This document shows positions 1 through 10,744 of a stretch of 64,000 nt of DNA, piece by piece. The DNA comes from an uncultured delta proteobacterium (lineage in GTDB: Bacteria > Myxococcota_A > Polyangia > Fen-1088). The position numbers and the translations under genes were made by a program. A model generated the notes under the pieces. It worked only from the letters and a program-made list of their open reading frames with translations. It ran no database searches and was not told where the DNA came from. The stretch spans positions 96,001 to 160,000 of the forward strand of contig CAVYGB010000009.1 in NCBI GenBank assembly GCA_963767925.1, read 5' to 3'. The first letter of the stretch is position 1, and each line of letters begins with the position of its first letter.

Positions 1-912
1 GAGGCGGTAAAAGAGGTCCTCCCGGAAGCGACCGCCGGCCACCTCGGCCCGCAGGTCGCGGTTCGTCGCGGCGATCACCCGAACGTCGACCTTGAGGGTC
101 TCGTTGCCTCCCACCCGCTCGAGCTCGTGCTCCTGCAGAAAACGCAGCAGCTTGACCTGCATCGCGGGCGAGATGTCGCCGATCTCGTCGAGGAAGAGGG
201 TGCCCCGGTCGGCCTGCACGAACCGCCCCTCCCGCCGCCCGACCGCCCCGGTGAAGGCCCCCCGCTCGTGGCCGAACAGCTCGCTCTCCAGCAGAGACTC
301 GGCCAGCGCCCCGCAGTGCAGCTTGACGAACGGCCCCTTGGCCCGCGGGCTCCGCTCGTGGATGGCCGCGGCGATGAGCTCCTTGCCGGTCCCCGATTCT
401 CCCGTGACGAGGATGCTCGCGCGCGACCCCGCCACCTGGACCACGGTCTTGAACACCGCCTGCATGGCGGGGGCGCTGCCCAGGATGTGCTCGAAGCTGT
501 AGCGCTCGGCCAGACGCGCGCGGAGGTGACCGGCTTCGCGCTGCAGCCGGAGTCGCTCCATCTCGCGCCCGATGCCGAACGACAGCTCGGTGACGTTGAG
601 CGGCTTCATGAAATACCCGGCCGCCCCCTCGTGCAGGGCGGCCACCGCGTTTTCGACGGCCCCGTACGCGGTCATCACCAGCACGACGACGTCGGGGCTG
701 TCGCTGCGCAGCTTCTTGAGCAGCTCCACCCCGTTCATCCCCGGCATGCGCAGGTCGGTCAGGACCAGATCGGGCCCGAACTCCTGCACCTTGCCCAGCG
801 CCTTGAAGCCGTCGGCTGCGGTCTCGACCAGGTAGCCATCGGCGCGCAGCAGCTCGCCCAGGGCGGTCCGGGCATCCGCCTCATCGTCGACAACCAGCAC
901 TCTGCCCTTCAT
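1..912 (-). CDS. NtrC/AtoC-family sigma54-dependent response regulator (REC + AAA+), truncated at window edge
   Basis: Hand translation from ATG at 912: [11 protein letters not shown]...DLRMPGMNG...TGESGTGKE...[15 protein letters not shown]...LFLDEIGD...EDLFYRL. Intact GAFTGA; absent from the ORF track because there is no stop in the window. Confidence 0.95.
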   Translation of the reverse strand, partial: MKGRVLVVDDEADARTALGELLRADGYLVETAADGFKALGKVQEFGPDLVLTDLRMPGMNGVELLKKLRSDSPDVVVLVMTAYGAVENAVAALHEGAAGYFMKPLNVTELSFGIGREMERLRLQREAGHLRARLAERYSFEHILGSAPAMQAVFKTVVQVAGSRASILVTGESGTGKELIAAAIHERSPRAKGPFVKLHCGALAESLLESELFGHERGAFTGAVGRREGRFVQADRGTLFLDEIGDISPAMQVKLLRFLQEHELERVGGNETLKVDVRVIAATNRDLRAEVAGGRFREDLFYRL

Positions 913-1052
913 GTGTAGACCGGCCCGGAAGATGGAGCCTCCAGCTTATGGGCCGGAACGCCCGCCGGCGCAATCCGCGCGTTCTTCGCGCGCCCCGAAG
1001 AAACGGAAGGGCCGTCGAGGCCCATCGCGTTGCCAGTCAGGGATCGCGCGCG

Positions 1053-1760
1053 CTACGCCATCTGCAGGGCCAGGACCATGGCGTCGGCGCCCACCGCGGC
1101 CGAGGTGGCCTCGAACACGGCCTGGCAGAGCCCCTCCGGGTCGCGCGGACAGGCGGCCACCAGGCTCGTGAGCCCGCGCTCGCCGAGGGGATCGGAGGGG
1201 CCTGCCAGGGCGTCGCTGATGCCATCGGTGACCAGCACCAGGACGTCGCCCAGCGAGAGGCGAAAGGCGGTGGCGGGGAAGAGGGGATCGGCGACGACTC
1301 CGAGCGGGGGGCCGGCGGGCCCCTCCAGCATGACCGCCTGGCCAGTGCGCACCTTCAGCAGCGGAAGGAAATGGCCGGCGCTGGCGACGACCGCCTCACC
1401 TCGGCGGCGGTCGATGCGGACGGCGGTCGAGCAGACGAAGCGATCGAAGAGCCCCTGCCGTTCGAGCCAGCCGTTGGTTCCACCCAGCACCACCGAGGGA
1501 CTGGAGCCGCCCACCGCCCGCCGGCGCGCCTCGCGCCTCACCCGTTCGGCGAGCGCGGCGGCGGTGGGGCCGTTGCCCGAGACGTCCGCGATCATCGCGG
1601 TGACCTTCCCGTTGCCGTGGTGGACCATCTCGAAGAAGTCCCCGCTGAGCGGGGCCGGTGGATGCTGTCGGACCGCGAAGCGAACGAAGGGAGCCTCGAG
1701 CCCCGGGCGGGTCAACAGGTCGGACCGAAGCGTCCGGACTCTGTTCTCGACGGCAAGCAC
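1053..1760 (-). CDS. Stand-alone PP2C/SpoIIE (RsbU-like) Ser/Thr phosphatase
   Basis: Motifs SGDFF, IADVSGNG, SAGH, LVTDGISD. GTG start at 1760 chosen because it lies just downstream of a sigma54-like site; the ORF track extends to 1859. Confidence 0.88.
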   Translation of the reverse strand: MLAVENRVRTLRSDLLTRPGLEAPFVRFAVRQHPPAPLSGDFFEMVHHGNGKVTAMIADVSGNGPTAAALAERVRREARRRAVGGSSPSVVLGGTNGWLERQGLFDRFVCSTAVRIDRRRGEAVVASAGHFLPLLKVRTGQAVMLEGPAGPPLGVVADPLFPATAFRLSLGDVLVLVTDGISDALAGPSDPLGERGLTSLVAACPRDPEGLCQAVFEATSAAVGADAMVLALQMA

Positions 1761-1772
1761 GGAAGCTGGCTG

Positions 1773-1788
1773 TGCAAGCGGCACGCCA
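1773..1788 (-). promoter_or_regulatory. Putative sigma54 -24/-12 promoter of the PP2C gene
   Basis: Minus strand TGGCGT-GCCGC-TTGCA (GG-N10-GC spacing). Confidence 0.6.
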
Positions 1789-1983
1789 CGCCAAGCGCCC
1801 GCCTTCCTCCCGACCCGGATGTCGGGAAGCGGAGGGCGAAGCCCTCGTGCCCGCGACACCCCTGGTTACCCCGGCGGATCGCCGCTCCGGTTTCTGCGCG
1901 ATCCGGTGGCCGGGCAAAAATCCCATGATTTCACCGACGTCGCGGGAAGAGAGCCCCACCTTGTGAGTGAAGGCGGTACAACG

Positions 1984-2427
1984 ATGATACTTGTTGTCGA
2001 CGACGATGCGGACATCCGAGAGGCGGTTGGTCTGTTTCTGCAAGCGGATGGTTACCGGATCGGCCGTGCCTCCAACGGCAAGGAAGCCATGGCCTGGCTG
2101 CTCTCCCGGGAGGCTCCCGGCGTGATCCTCCTCGATCTCACCATGCCGATCATGGACGGCCAGCAGTTCCTGACGATCAAGGAGGCCGATCCGGCCCTGG
2201 CAAACATCCCGGTCGTCGTGATGACCGCCGTGTCGGATTGCTCGCAGCTCATGATCGACCACCAGGTCTCCGAGTGCCTTGCGAAGCCAGCTTCGCCCGG
2301 CGCCCTGCTCGATGCCCTCGAACGCGCCCGCGCCGGAAAGGGTCGCCCGATCGTCACCGAGCGGTTCGAGGTGGAGGAGATCACCGGGCAAGAGGCCAAT
2401 TCATCCCGCGCCCGGTTCAGAGGCTGA
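1984..2427 (+). CDS. Single-domain response regulator (CheY-like receiver)
   Basis: MILVVDDDADIR...LLDLTMPIMDG...VMTA...AKP; C-terminal part of track ORF 1030..2427. Confidence 0.92.
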   Translation: MILVVDDDADIREAVGLFLQADGYRIGRASNGKEAMAWLLSREAPGVILLDLTMPIMDGQQFLTIKEADPALANIPVVVMTAVSDCSQLMIDHQVSECLAKPASPGALLDALERARAGKGRPIVTERFEVEEITGQEANSSRARFRG

Positions 2428-2506
2428 TACCGGGAAGCCCGGGGACCTCGCTGGCCGAGCTCGAGCGGCTCGGGGCTCCGCTCGGGCCGCGGGCTACCGG
2501 CTGGGC

Positions 2507-3679
2507 TCAAGGACGGTGGCGCCGGGAGGGACGGGCTCGCCACTTTTCACCGAGGCGGGTCAGGGCGTAGCGGGACGTCTCTCGCAGCAACAGGACGGCG
2601 TGGTGCAAGGGCGCCGCGGGACCGGCGTCGTAGCCGAACGTCCGGGCCACCGGCGAGACGAGCGCGTCCACCAGCGCCTGCACCCGACCTTCGAGGGCCA
2701 CTCTCCCGCGCGCGCCGGCGATCACGCCGGGCGCGCCCGCCTCGAAGGAGGAGTTCGGCGCCACCGCGCGCCCGAGCACCTCGGGCTGCAGGAGCCCGGG
2801 ATGCCGGGAGAGGGCCAGGAAGCTGCGAACGCGATCCATCTCCCGCTCCGGTGATCCGCACAGGTCCTCGTAGCGCACGACGAGGTACCGCGCGGGAAAG
2901 CGCTCCCGGTTGTCGCGAGCCAGCCGGAAGGATCGGCCGATGGACCAGGCGTGGCGCAGGGAGCGGTCTCCCGCGAGGCCGGCGGCGCGATGGAGCTCCC
3001 CGAGGGAGGCCATGGTGGCGGCCGGATCGCGCACGAGCTGGATGAAGCGGGCGCCGGGAAAGGCGCCCGCCCAGAGGGCGGCGTGCCGCTCGTTGAGCGG
3101 GGTCTTCTCGATCCAGCCGCGGGCGCGATGCCCTGGCAGCGCGGCGTTTGCAAACGCGGCCACCAGCGCCAGGAGGAGGGCGAAGGGCGCCCGGTCGGGC
3201 CAGGCCTCGACGATGGCGGCGTGCCAGCCCAGGAGCCGGCGGGCAAAGCTCAGGTAGGGGTTGCCGTCCGGTCCGCTGCGGCCGAGCAGGAAGTGCGGCC
3301 CGTGGTTCGGATCGACGAGGCGGCTGATCCACTCGGCCGTGAAGCGGTCCGCCTCGTGCTGCCCGACGCTGGCCCGCCTGGCGTAAGCGAACGAGGACAG
3401 GTAGGTGGCCTCGTTGGGCAGGACCACGACGTCGGGATGGCCGTCGAGCAGGTTGCGAAGGAGCGTCGTGCCCGTCCGGTGGTGTCCGCAGATGAACACC
3501 GGATGCTCCAGCCAGGTCAGCGCCCGCGTCCGCTCCGACGCGGCCGGCGGGATCGCGCCAAGCCGGCGGGCCTCGCGAGCGAGCTGCGCCGCGTACGACC
3601 CCAGGCGGAGCAGCAGGAGCGGCCGGTTCGCCGCCGGGCCTCCCGGGAGCAATCCGGAGATCTCCGCCTCGATCTTCAT
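2507..3679 (-). CDS. Sulfotransferase family protein
   Basis: PAPS-binding PVFICGHHRTGTTLLRNLLDGHP, WIEKTP, LVRDP, VRYEDL. Confidence 0.88.
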   Translation of the reverse strand: MKIEAEISGLLPGGPAANRPLLLLRLGSYAAQLAREARRLGAIPPAASERTRALTWLEHPVFICGHHRTGTTLLRNLLDGHPDVVVLPNEATYLSSFAYARRASVGQHEADRFTAEWISRLVDPNHGPHFLLGRSGPDGNPYLSFARRLLGWHAAIVEAWPDRAPFALLLALVAAFANAALPGHRARGWIEKTPLNERHAALWAGAFPGARFIQLVRDPAATMASLGELHRAAGLAGDRSLRHAWSIGRSFRLARDNRERFPARYLVVRYEDLCGSPEREMDRVRSFLALSRHPGLLQPEVLGRAVAPNSSFEAGAPGVIAGARGRVALEGRVQALVDALVSPVARTFGYDAGPAAPLHHAVLLLRETSRYALTRLGEKWRARPSRRHRP

Positions 3680-3812
3680 CCGGCTCGATGGCTCCGACCT
3701 CGCCCGAGTCTACCCGAGGCGAGCGCGACATGGGTCCGGTGAGCGACCGCAGGGTGGGCCGCCAGGTCCTGCCTGGGCGGACGGGGTGGCGGGGCGGTAA
3801 GATGGCGCTGCC

Positions 3813-4148
3813 ATGACGACCGAGCCGGCGCACGTCCGACAGATCACCGTTCAGGAGCTGCGAGCCATGCTGGACGCGGGGACCCCGCTCGAGCTGTGGG
3901 ACGTACGGACCGAGGCGGAGCGCAGGGTCGCCCGCATCGAGGGCGCCCGGCACCTCGATCAGGCGGGCGCCGAGCACATCGAGGATCTCGACCGGGGCAC
4001 GCTGCTCGTCTTCCACTGTCACCACGGGATCCGCAGCCAGTCTGCCGCCCAGCACTTCCTGGCCAAGGGCTTCAGCAACGTCTGCAACGTCGTCGGGGGC
4101 ATCGAGGCCTGGTCGGTGCAGGTCGACCCCTCCGTCCCCCGCTATTGA
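3813..4148 (+). CDS. Rhodanese-domain sulfurtransferase
   Basis: DVRT..E, CHHGIRS active loop, GGIEAWSVQVDPSVPRY. Confidence 0.93.
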   Translation: MTTEPAHVRQITVQELRAMLDAGTPLELWDVRTEAERRVARIEGARHLDQAGAEHIEDLDRGTLLVFHCHHGIRSQSAAQHFLAKGFSNVCNVVGGIEAWSVQVDPSVPRY

Positions 4149-4320
4149 TCGCGAAGCCGGCCGCGCCCCGGCTGGCTCACAGCGGCGAAGCGTCCGCTCG
4201 TCGCGGCGACCTTCTGAGGCGGTCGAATCGTGATTTCGCGCTGACAAGACCCGGTCCTGTCGCCAACAGACAGGACCGGAGGGCCTATCCCGCCTGCCGG
4301 CCGGCGCCTGCCCGGGACCG

Positions 4321-7278
4321 TCAGCGGGCGGGGGCCAGGCCCACCTTGCCGGGTGGCTCGGGCTTGGCGGTGGTGGACGGCTCCAGCACGCCGATCAGCA
4401 GGCGGCCTTCGGCGAAGTGGCGGCGGGCGGCCTCCTGCATGCCGCGGGCGTCGAGGGTGTCGATGAGCTGCTTCTCCGCGAGGATGAGGCGCGGGTCGCT
4501 GCCGTAGCGGGCGTGTTCGCCCAGCCAGCCCAGCCACCAGCCGTTGTTGCGCAGGCCCTCTTCCAGGTCCCGGCGCTGGGCGACCCGCACCTTCTCGACG
4601 ATCTCCGGCGCGGGGCCCTGGCGCTTGATCGTCTCGAGCTCGGCCTTCACCGCGGCCAGCAGCTTGTCGACGTTCTCGGGCGCGCAGCCGAACCGGATCT
4701 CGCTGCGGTAGCGCTGGCGGGGCCGGCGGATGAGGTACCCGCTCGCCGACACCGAATAGGTGCCGCCCAGGTCCTCGCGCAGCGCCTCGCGCAGGCGGAT
4801 GGACAGCGCCTCGCTCAGGGAGGTCAGGCGGTGCTCGGCCTCGCGGGTCCAGCGCGTCGGCCCGCTGAAGGTCATCCGCACCTCGCTCTTGGGCTCCTCG
4901 CCGCGCTTGAGGGCGAACCGGTGGACTCCAGCGAGGGGGTGGAGGCCGATGTCGCGCAGGGCTTCCTTGCGGCCCTTGGCGGGCAAGGTGGCCAGGTATT
5001 GCTCCACCAGGGGGCGCAGCTTCTGCAGGTCGAGCCGGCCGACCAGCACGAAGGTGGCGTCGCCCAGATCGGCGAAGCGCTCGCGGTACACCCGCAACAT
5101 CGTGTCGAGGGAGAGGCGCTGGGCCAGGGCCGGATCGGGCGCCCGGCGCCGGAGGTGGTTGCGGTAATACACCTCCTGCCACTTGTCGGAGAAGGCGGCC
5201 TCCGGCTGGGCCAGCCGCCGGGTGAGCTGCTCGCCGAGTTGCTCGCGGAAGGCGGCGAACACGTCCTGGTCGCGGCGGGGCGCCGTGACCGTCAGGTGCA
5301 CCAGCGCAAACAGGGTCTCCAGATCATCGGGCGAGGCCTGGCCGCTCACCCCTTCTTCGACCTCGTTGAGGTAGGGCCCGGCCGCCACCACCTTGCCGGT
5401 CAGCGCCTTGCGCAGCTCGGTCGGGCCGAATTCGCCCAGGCCGCTCTGAGCGATCACGTCACCCGCGAAGTTGGCCGACTCGAAGTCCCGGTCGGGGACG
5501 CGCGAGTGGCCCCCGGGGCTCAGGCCGTGCAGCAGGACCTCGTCGTTGCGGAAGTCGGTCGACTTGAGCAGCACCCGGATGCCGTTGGACAGGCGCCACT
5601 CGGTCACCCCGATCTCCGGGATCTCCCGCTGCTTGACCACCTTGCCCGGCCGGGGCAGCTTCGAGATCAGGGTAGCGGCGCCGACCTTGTCGACGTAGGG
5701 GCCGATCTCGGCGGCGTCGGTGCGGGCCAGCAGGGCGCGCAGGTCGGCCGGGGCGGGGGTGGGGGCCGCCTCCGGCGCTTGCACCAGGATCACCCGGTTG
5801 CGTTCGGTGATCCATTCGGCCGCCACCCGGTTGATCTCGGCCAGCGTGATGGTGGGCAAGAACTCCCGGGTGAGCTCGAGCTCCCGGTCGGCGCCGGGCA
5901 TCGACTCGTCGGTGAGGTAGTTGCGCACCATCTCCTCGGCGTAGCCGGCCGATGGCACCTTGTCCTTCTCGCGCACCATCCGCTCGCGGTCGCGCAGGAC
6001 GGCCGCCTTCTCCCGCTCGAGCTCGGTGGCGGTGAAGCCGTGGCGGTCGATCCGCTCGACCTCGCGGGTCAGCGCCTCGAGGCCGCGGGTGATCCCCTCG
6101 GCCTTGGTGGCCGCCCCCTGAAAGAAGATGTCCTTGCTGCGCACGAAGGGCTGGGTCATCGAGGTGGCGCCCAGGAAGGGAGGATCGGGCACCCGGGTCA
6201 GCTCCTCGAGGCGGGCGTTCACCATGCGGTGGTAGATCCCCTCGACGGCGGCCCGGCGGTAGTCGCGCCGGGAGGTGAGCTTGCGGGGCGCCAGCTTGTA
6301 GAGGACGCCCACCGTGGTGCCGGTCAGCTCCTTGTCCTTGGCCACCGAGACCAGCGTGTCGGCGTGGTCGGGCACCGGGAAGGCGGGGCGGGGTGGGGCG
6401 CCGGCGGCGGGCGGCGCCAGCGGGCCGAAGTGCTTGCGCAGGTGGCCCTGGATGGTGGCGGGATCGAAGTCGCCCACCACCGCCACCGCCATCATATCCG
6501 GCCGGTACCAGCGCCGGTAAAAGCCCCGCAGGTCGTCGGCGCTGGCCTTCTCGAGCACCTCCTTCTTGCCGATGGGCAGGCGCTCGGCGTAGCGCGAGCC
6601 CTGGAACAGCACGGGGAAGAGCTGCTCGGTGATGCGCATCTGGGCCCCCAGCCCCAGCCGCCACTCCTCGATGACCACCCCCCGCTCGCGCTCCACCTCG
6701 GTCGGGTCGAAGGTGACGTCGCTGGCGATCTGCTGCAGCATCAGGAAAGACTTCTCTAAGATGGCGGCGTCGTCGGTCGGCACCTCGAAGCTGTAGACCG
6801 TCTCGTCGAAGCCGGTGTAGGCGTTGGCGTGCTGGCCGAAGCGCATCCCGGCCTTCTCGATGAAGTCGACGATCTCCTGCTTCTTGAACTGGCGGGTCCC
6901 GTTGAAGGCCATGTGCTCGACGAAGTGGGCCAGCCCCCGCTCGCGGTCCTGCTCCAGCACCGAGCCGGCGTTGACCACCAGCCGGAGCTGCGCGCGCTTC
7001 TGCGGCTCGCGGTGCACCCGCACGTAGGTGCGCAGCCCGTTGGGCAGGGTGATGACCTCGGTGCCCGCCTCGGTGGGCAGCGGCGGCTCGTCGGCCGCCA
7101 CCACCGCCCGCCCCAGCTCCACCGGCACCGCCACCTGCGCCGGGGCCTCCCCTGCCACCGGCGGCTTGGTGGCGCAGGAGAGCGAGCCCCCGAGCGCGAG
7201 GCAGGCGAGGACGCTCGCGCGGGCGAGGGCCATCGGGGAGAAGAGGACGAGACGGGGCGGCCGGGCGGAGGTGCGCAT
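4321..7278 (-). CDS. M16 family zinc protease (PqqL-like), probable lipoprotein
   Basis: GLAHFVEHMAFNG (HxxEH), NAYTGFDET, ERGVVIEEWR, second LSNG-initiated module; signal LALGGSLSC. Start uncertain (7278 or 7233). Confidence 0.93.
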   Translation of the reverse strand: MRTSARPPRLVLFSPMALARASVLACLALGGSLSCATKPPVAGEAPAQVAVPVELGRAVVAADEPPLPTEAGTEVITLPNGLRTYVRVHREPQKRAQLRLVVNAGSVLEQDRERGLAHFVEHMAFNGTRQFKKQEIVDFIEKAGMRFGQHANAYTGFDETVYSFEVPTDDAAILEKSFLMLQQIASDVTFDPTEVERERGVVIEEWRLGLGAQMRITEQLFPVLFQGSRYAERLPIGKKEVLEKASADDLRGFYRRWYRPDMMAVAVVGDFDPATIQGHLRKHFGPLAPPAAGAPPRPAFPVPDHADTLVSVAKDKELTGTTVGVLYKLAPRKLTSRRDYRRAAVEGIYHRMVNARLEELTRVPDPPFLGATSMTQPFVRSKDIFFQGAATKAEGITRGLEALTREVERIDRHGFTATELEREKAAVLRDRERMVREKDKVPSAGYAEEMVRNYLTDESMPGADRELELTREFLPTITLAEINRVAAEWITERNRVILVQAPEAAPTPAPADLRALLARTDAAEIGPYVDKVGAATLISKLPRPGKVVKQREIPEIGVTEWRLSNGIRVLLKSTDFRNDEVLLHGLSPGGHSRVPDRDFESANFAGDVIAQSGLGEFGPTELRKALTGKVVAAGPYLNEVEEGVSGQASPDDLETLFALVHLTVTAPRRDQDVFAAFREQLGEQLTRRLAQPEAAFSDKWQEVYYRNHLRRRAPDPALAQRLSLDTMLRVYRERFADLGDATFVLVGRLDLQKLRPLVEQYLATLPAKGRKEALRDIGLHPLAGVHRFALKRGEEPKSEVRMTFSGPTRWTREAEHRLTSLSEALSIRLREALREDLGGTYSVSASGYLIRRPRQRYRSEIRFGCAPENVDKLLAAVKAELETIKRQGPAPEIVEKVRVAQRRDLEEGLRNNGWWLGWLGEHARYGSDPRLILAEKQLIDTLDARGMQEAARRHFAEGRLLIGVLEPSTTAKPEPPGKVGLAPAR

Positions 7279-7408
7279 GGACCACCATGATGACGGCTCG
7301 TCCGGGCGAGGCCAAAGGGTTTTCCGGCCCCCGCCGGCGGTCGTCACGTTCTGCGACAGCCGGACCGCCGCGCACCCTTCGCTGGCGGCCGTCCGACGGC
7401 GCCCCGGT

Positions 7409-8776
7409 TCAGCCGATGACCCGCTTCTTCTGCCAGGTGCCGCGGGTGAAGTCGGGGAAGGGGACCGGGGCGCTGGACTGGGCGACCGAGGCGTCGGCGA
7501 GGGGGCCGGGGACGCTCCAGGTGGCGGCGTCGTAGACGTCCATGTCGGGGGCCAGGCCCTCGTGGAGGCACTGGATCAGGCGGTACAGCATCACGAAGTC
7601 CATGCCGCCGTGGCCGCCGCGCTGGCGGGCGATCTCGCCGGTCTTGCGCCAGAGGGGGTGCTCGTATTCGGCGGCGAGGGGCTCGATGTCCTGCCAGTCG
7701 TGGGCCGCCTCCTGGCCGTCGAAGAAGATGCGCGGGGGGTAGTCGCGGAAGGCGCCGCGGGTGCCGGAGACCATGTTGATGCGGTCGTAGGGGCGGGGGG
7801 AGACGACGTCGTGCTGCAGGACGATGGTGCGGCCGAGGGCGGTCCGGATCAGGCTGGTGTTCATGTCCCCGCACGTGTAGCTCTCGCGGCGGCGGGGGTC
7901 GTCGGCGGGGAGCTTGTCCCGGTGGATCTGCAGGCCGCGCGAGGCGCTGCTCATCGAGACCAGGCGCTCGAAGCGGTCGCCGCGGTTGATGTCCATGTAG
8001 CGGGCGACCGGGCCCAGGCCGTGGGTGGGGTAGAGGTTGCCGTTGCGGCGGGTGTGCCAGGCCCGGCGCCAGAGGCCTTCGCTCTCCCTGGCGAACAGGA
8101 TCTTGCGCAGGTCGTGGATGTAGGCCGCCTCGCCGTGCAGGATCTCGCCGAGCCGGCCGGCCCGCACGAGCTGCAGCACCAGCAGCTCGCTGCGGCCGTA
8201 GCAGCAGTTCTCCAGCATCACGCAGTGGCGGCGGGTGCGCTCGGAGGTGTCGACGAGGCGCCAGCACTCGGCCACCGTGACGGCGGCGGGGACCTCGACG
8301 GCGGCGTGGTGGCCGGCCTCCATCGCCGCCACCGCCATCGGCACATGCCACTCCCAGGGGGTGGCGATGACAACCAGGTCGAGGTCGTCGCGGCGGCACA
8401 GGTTCTCGTAGTCGCGCTCGCCGGCCGAGAAGATCGCCGGGGCGGGCTGGCCGGCCTTCTCGACGGCGGCGGCGGAGCGCGCGGCCTTCTCCCGGACCAC
8501 GTCGCAGACGGCCCGCACGGTCACGCCCTCGAGGCCGAGCAGCAGCTCGAGCAGGAAGTGCCCCCGCTCGCCGACGCCGATCACCCCCACCCGGACCGCA
8601 GGGGTGGCGGCGAAGCGCAGGGTGGCCACGCTCTCCCCGGCGGCGGGGGGCGCGCTCGCCCCGGCCGCGCCGGCGGGTCCCCGCACGGGCGCGCAGGCTG
8701 CGGGCAGGGCCATGCCAGCCGAGGCGAGCAGGGCGCGGCGGCGGGAATCGATCGGGTCGTCGGCGTCGTCGCTCAT
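7409..8776 (-). CDS. GH109-type NAD+-dependent glycosidase (alpha-N-acetylgalactosaminidase-like, Gfo/Idh/MocA fold), Tat-exported
   Basis: SRRRALL Tat signal, GVIGVGERG, ATPWEWH, ENCCY, YPTHGLGP, GGHGGMD. Confidence 0.88.
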   Translation of the reverse strand: MSDDADDPIDSRRRALLASAGMALPAACAPVRGPAGAAGASAPPAAGESVATLRFAATPAVRVGVIGVGERGHFLLELLLGLEGVTVRAVCDVVREKAARSAAAVEKAGQPAPAIFSAGERDYENLCRRDDLDLVVIATPWEWHVPMAVAAMEAGHHAAVEVPAAVTVAECWRLVDTSERTRRHCVMLENCCYGRSELLVLQLVRAGRLGEILHGEAAYIHDLRKILFARESEGLWRRAWHTRRNGNLYPTHGLGPVARYMDINRGDRFERLVSMSSASRGLQIHRDKLPADDPRRRESYTCGDMNTSLIRTALGRTIVLQHDVVSPRPYDRINMVSGTRGAFRDYPPRIFFDGQEAAHDWQDIEPLAAEYEHPLWRKTGEIARQRGGHGGMDFVMLYRLIQCLHEGLAPDMDVYDAATWSVPGPLADASVAQSSAPVPFPDFTRGTWQKKRVIG

Positions 8777-8927
8777 GTCTCCCCCTCAAGGCGCCCGCGG
8801 CCGCGCCCCGGGCCGGGCACGGGCGGGCGCTCGACAAAGGATAACAGGCCGCCGCGCCGGTGGGGGCTTCGCGCACGGGTCGGGGCACGCTATCCTGGGT
8901 GCGCGCGCTTCGCGTGTGAGGGGAACC

Positions 8928-10433
8928 ATGGGGTCGATGACATCCGTCCTGCTGGTGACGGCGCTGCTGGTGGCGCAGGGTCCCTTGCCGGCCACGCCGC
9001 CGGTGAAGGGGGCGCTGCTGGTCACGCCCCCGGTGAAGGGGGCGCTGCCGGTCACGCCGCCGGTCAAGGGGGCGCTGCCGGTCACGCCGCCGGTGAACAT
9101 CCCGGTCACGCCCGCCGGGCGGGCCTTCTCCAACTGGCTGACCGCCTTCAACAGCGGCGACCGGGGGAAGGTCGAGGCCATGATGAAGCAGTTCCGGGAG
9201 CCGCGGCCGGCCGACCGGGTGCTGGACTTTCGCCGCCAGACAGGGGGCTTCGAGCTGAAGAAGGTGCTCGAGTCGGGCCGCCTGCGGATCAACGTCCTCC
9301 TCCAGGAAGAGGGCGGCGATCAGATGGCGGAGGGGAAGATGGAGGTGGAGGACGTCGCCCCCCACCGGGTGACCCGCTGGGAGGTGCGGGCCGTCCCCCG
9401 GCCGTCCGAGTTCGCCCTCCCGCGCCTGACCGAGGCCGCCCTGCTGGAGGCCACCCGCGCGCGCCTGGACGAGCTGGCCGGCAAGGACGCCTTCTCGGGC
9501 GCGGTGCTCATCAGCCGCCAGGGCAAGCCGCTGCTGAGCGAGGTCCGCGGCTTCCAGAACCGGGAGAAGAAGGTCCCCAACCGCCTCGACACGCGCTTCA
9601 ACCTCGGCTCGATGAACAAGATGTTCACCGCGGTGGCGGTGGCCCAGCTCGCCCAGCAGGGCAAGCTCGCGTTCACCGACACCGTGGCCAAGCACCTGCC
9701 CGACTACCCCAACGCCGACCTGGCGAAGAAGGTGACGCTGCACCACCTGCTCAGCCACACCGGCGGGACCGGCGACATCTTCAGCCCCGAATACGAGGCC
9801 AACATCGCCAAGCTGAAGGCCCCCAGGGACTACATCGCCCTCTACGGCAAGCGGGCCGTCGAGTTCGAGCCCGGCTCGCGCTGGGCCTACAGCAACTACG
9901 GCATGGTGCTGGCGGGGGCCATCGTCGAGCGGGTCAGCGGCATGAGCTACTACGACTACGTCCGCAAGCACATCTACCAGCCCGCCGGCATGACCGGCTC
10001 GGACTCCTTCTGGAAGACCGGCAAGACCGCCAACCTGGCCAGGGGCTACAGCGACCGCCAGGGCCCCCCGCGCGAGAATGTACGCTTCCTGCCGCTGCGG
10101 GGCTCACCCGCGGGCGGCGGCTACTCGACCTGCGAGGATCTGGTCCGCTTCGCCACCGCGCTCACCGGCCACAAGCTGCTCGACGCCGCCCACACCACGC
10201 TCCTCACCAGCGGCAAGCCCGGCACGCCCGACAAGGGGTACGGCTATGGCTTCGCGATCGCGAACGACGGCGGCGTGCGCAGCTTCGGCCACGGCGGTGG
10301 CGCCCCCGGGATCAACGCCGACCTGAAGATCTTCCCCGACAGCGGCTACGTGGTCGCCGTGATGGGCAACCGGGATCCGCCCAACGCCTCCCGGCTGAGC
10401 GACTTCATCGCCGCCCGCCTCCCCGCCAAGTAG
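8928..10433 (+). CDS. Secreted serine hydrolase (class C beta-lactamase / D-peptidase family)
   Basis: Signal peptide, FNLGSMNK (SxxK), LLSHTGG, YSNYG, FGHGGG. Confidence 0.92.
   Translation: MGSMTSVLLVTALLVAQGPLPATPPVKGALLVTPPVKGALPVTPPVKGALPVTPPVNIPVTPAGRAFSNWLTAFNSGDRGKVEAMMKQFREPRPADRVLDFRRQTGGFELKKVLESGRLRINVLLQEEGGDQMAEGKMEVEDVAPHRVTRWEVRAVPRPSEFALPRLTEAALLEATRARLDELAGKDAFSGAVLISRQGKPLLSEVRGFQNREKKVPNRLDTRFNLGSMNKMFTAVAVAQLAQQGKLAFTDTVAKHLPDYPNADLAKKVTLHHLLSHTGGTGDIFSPEYEANIAKLKAPRDYIALYGKRAVEFEPGSRWAYSNYGMVLAGAIVERVSGMSYYDYVRKHIYQPAGMTGSDSFWKTGKTANLARGYSDRQGPPRENVRFLPLRGSPAGGGYSTCEDLVRFATALTGHKLLDAAHTTLLTSGKPGTPDKGYGYGFAIANDGGVRSFGHGGGAPGINADLKIFPDSGYVVAVMGNRDPPNASRLSDFIAARLPAK
8991..9113 (+). 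repeat. In-frame 30-bp tandem repeat (3 full copies plus a partial one) encoding TPPVKGALPV
   Basis: GTCACGCCGCCGGTGAAGGGGGCGCTGCCG-type unit repeated after the signal peptide. Confidence 0.9.
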
Positions 10434-10541
10434 GGGGGCGACGATTCCGTCCGCCCCGGCGTCATCTCAGGTCACGTTGGCAGATAGGGCGACGCGCTCA
10501 CGCGCGACCTGGGCGAGCCTGTCGAACCCAGAACGCCCCTT

Positions 10542-10712
10542 TTACGGACGACCAATCTCAATCGATGAAGCTCCCTCGACAACCTGCACAGGATCGCCCA
10601 CGGGTTCGAGGGTCGTGCCTGTTGCCTTGAACACGGCTACGGTTCCGTTCGCTTCGTTCACGGCGAGTAGCCACGGGCCTACTGGAGCCATCTTCGCAGC
10701 GACCGGATGACG
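10542..10712 (-). pseudogene. Orphan C-terminal fragment of a beta-propeller (lactonase-like) protein
   Basis: ...GPWLLAVNEANGTVAVFKATGTTLEPVGDPVQVVEGASSIEIG*; visibly lower GC than flanks; no N-terminal part in the window. Confidence 0.4.
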
Positions 10713-10744
10713 TAGGTGCTCGTGGGCGTGTTCGAGCCCGTGTT

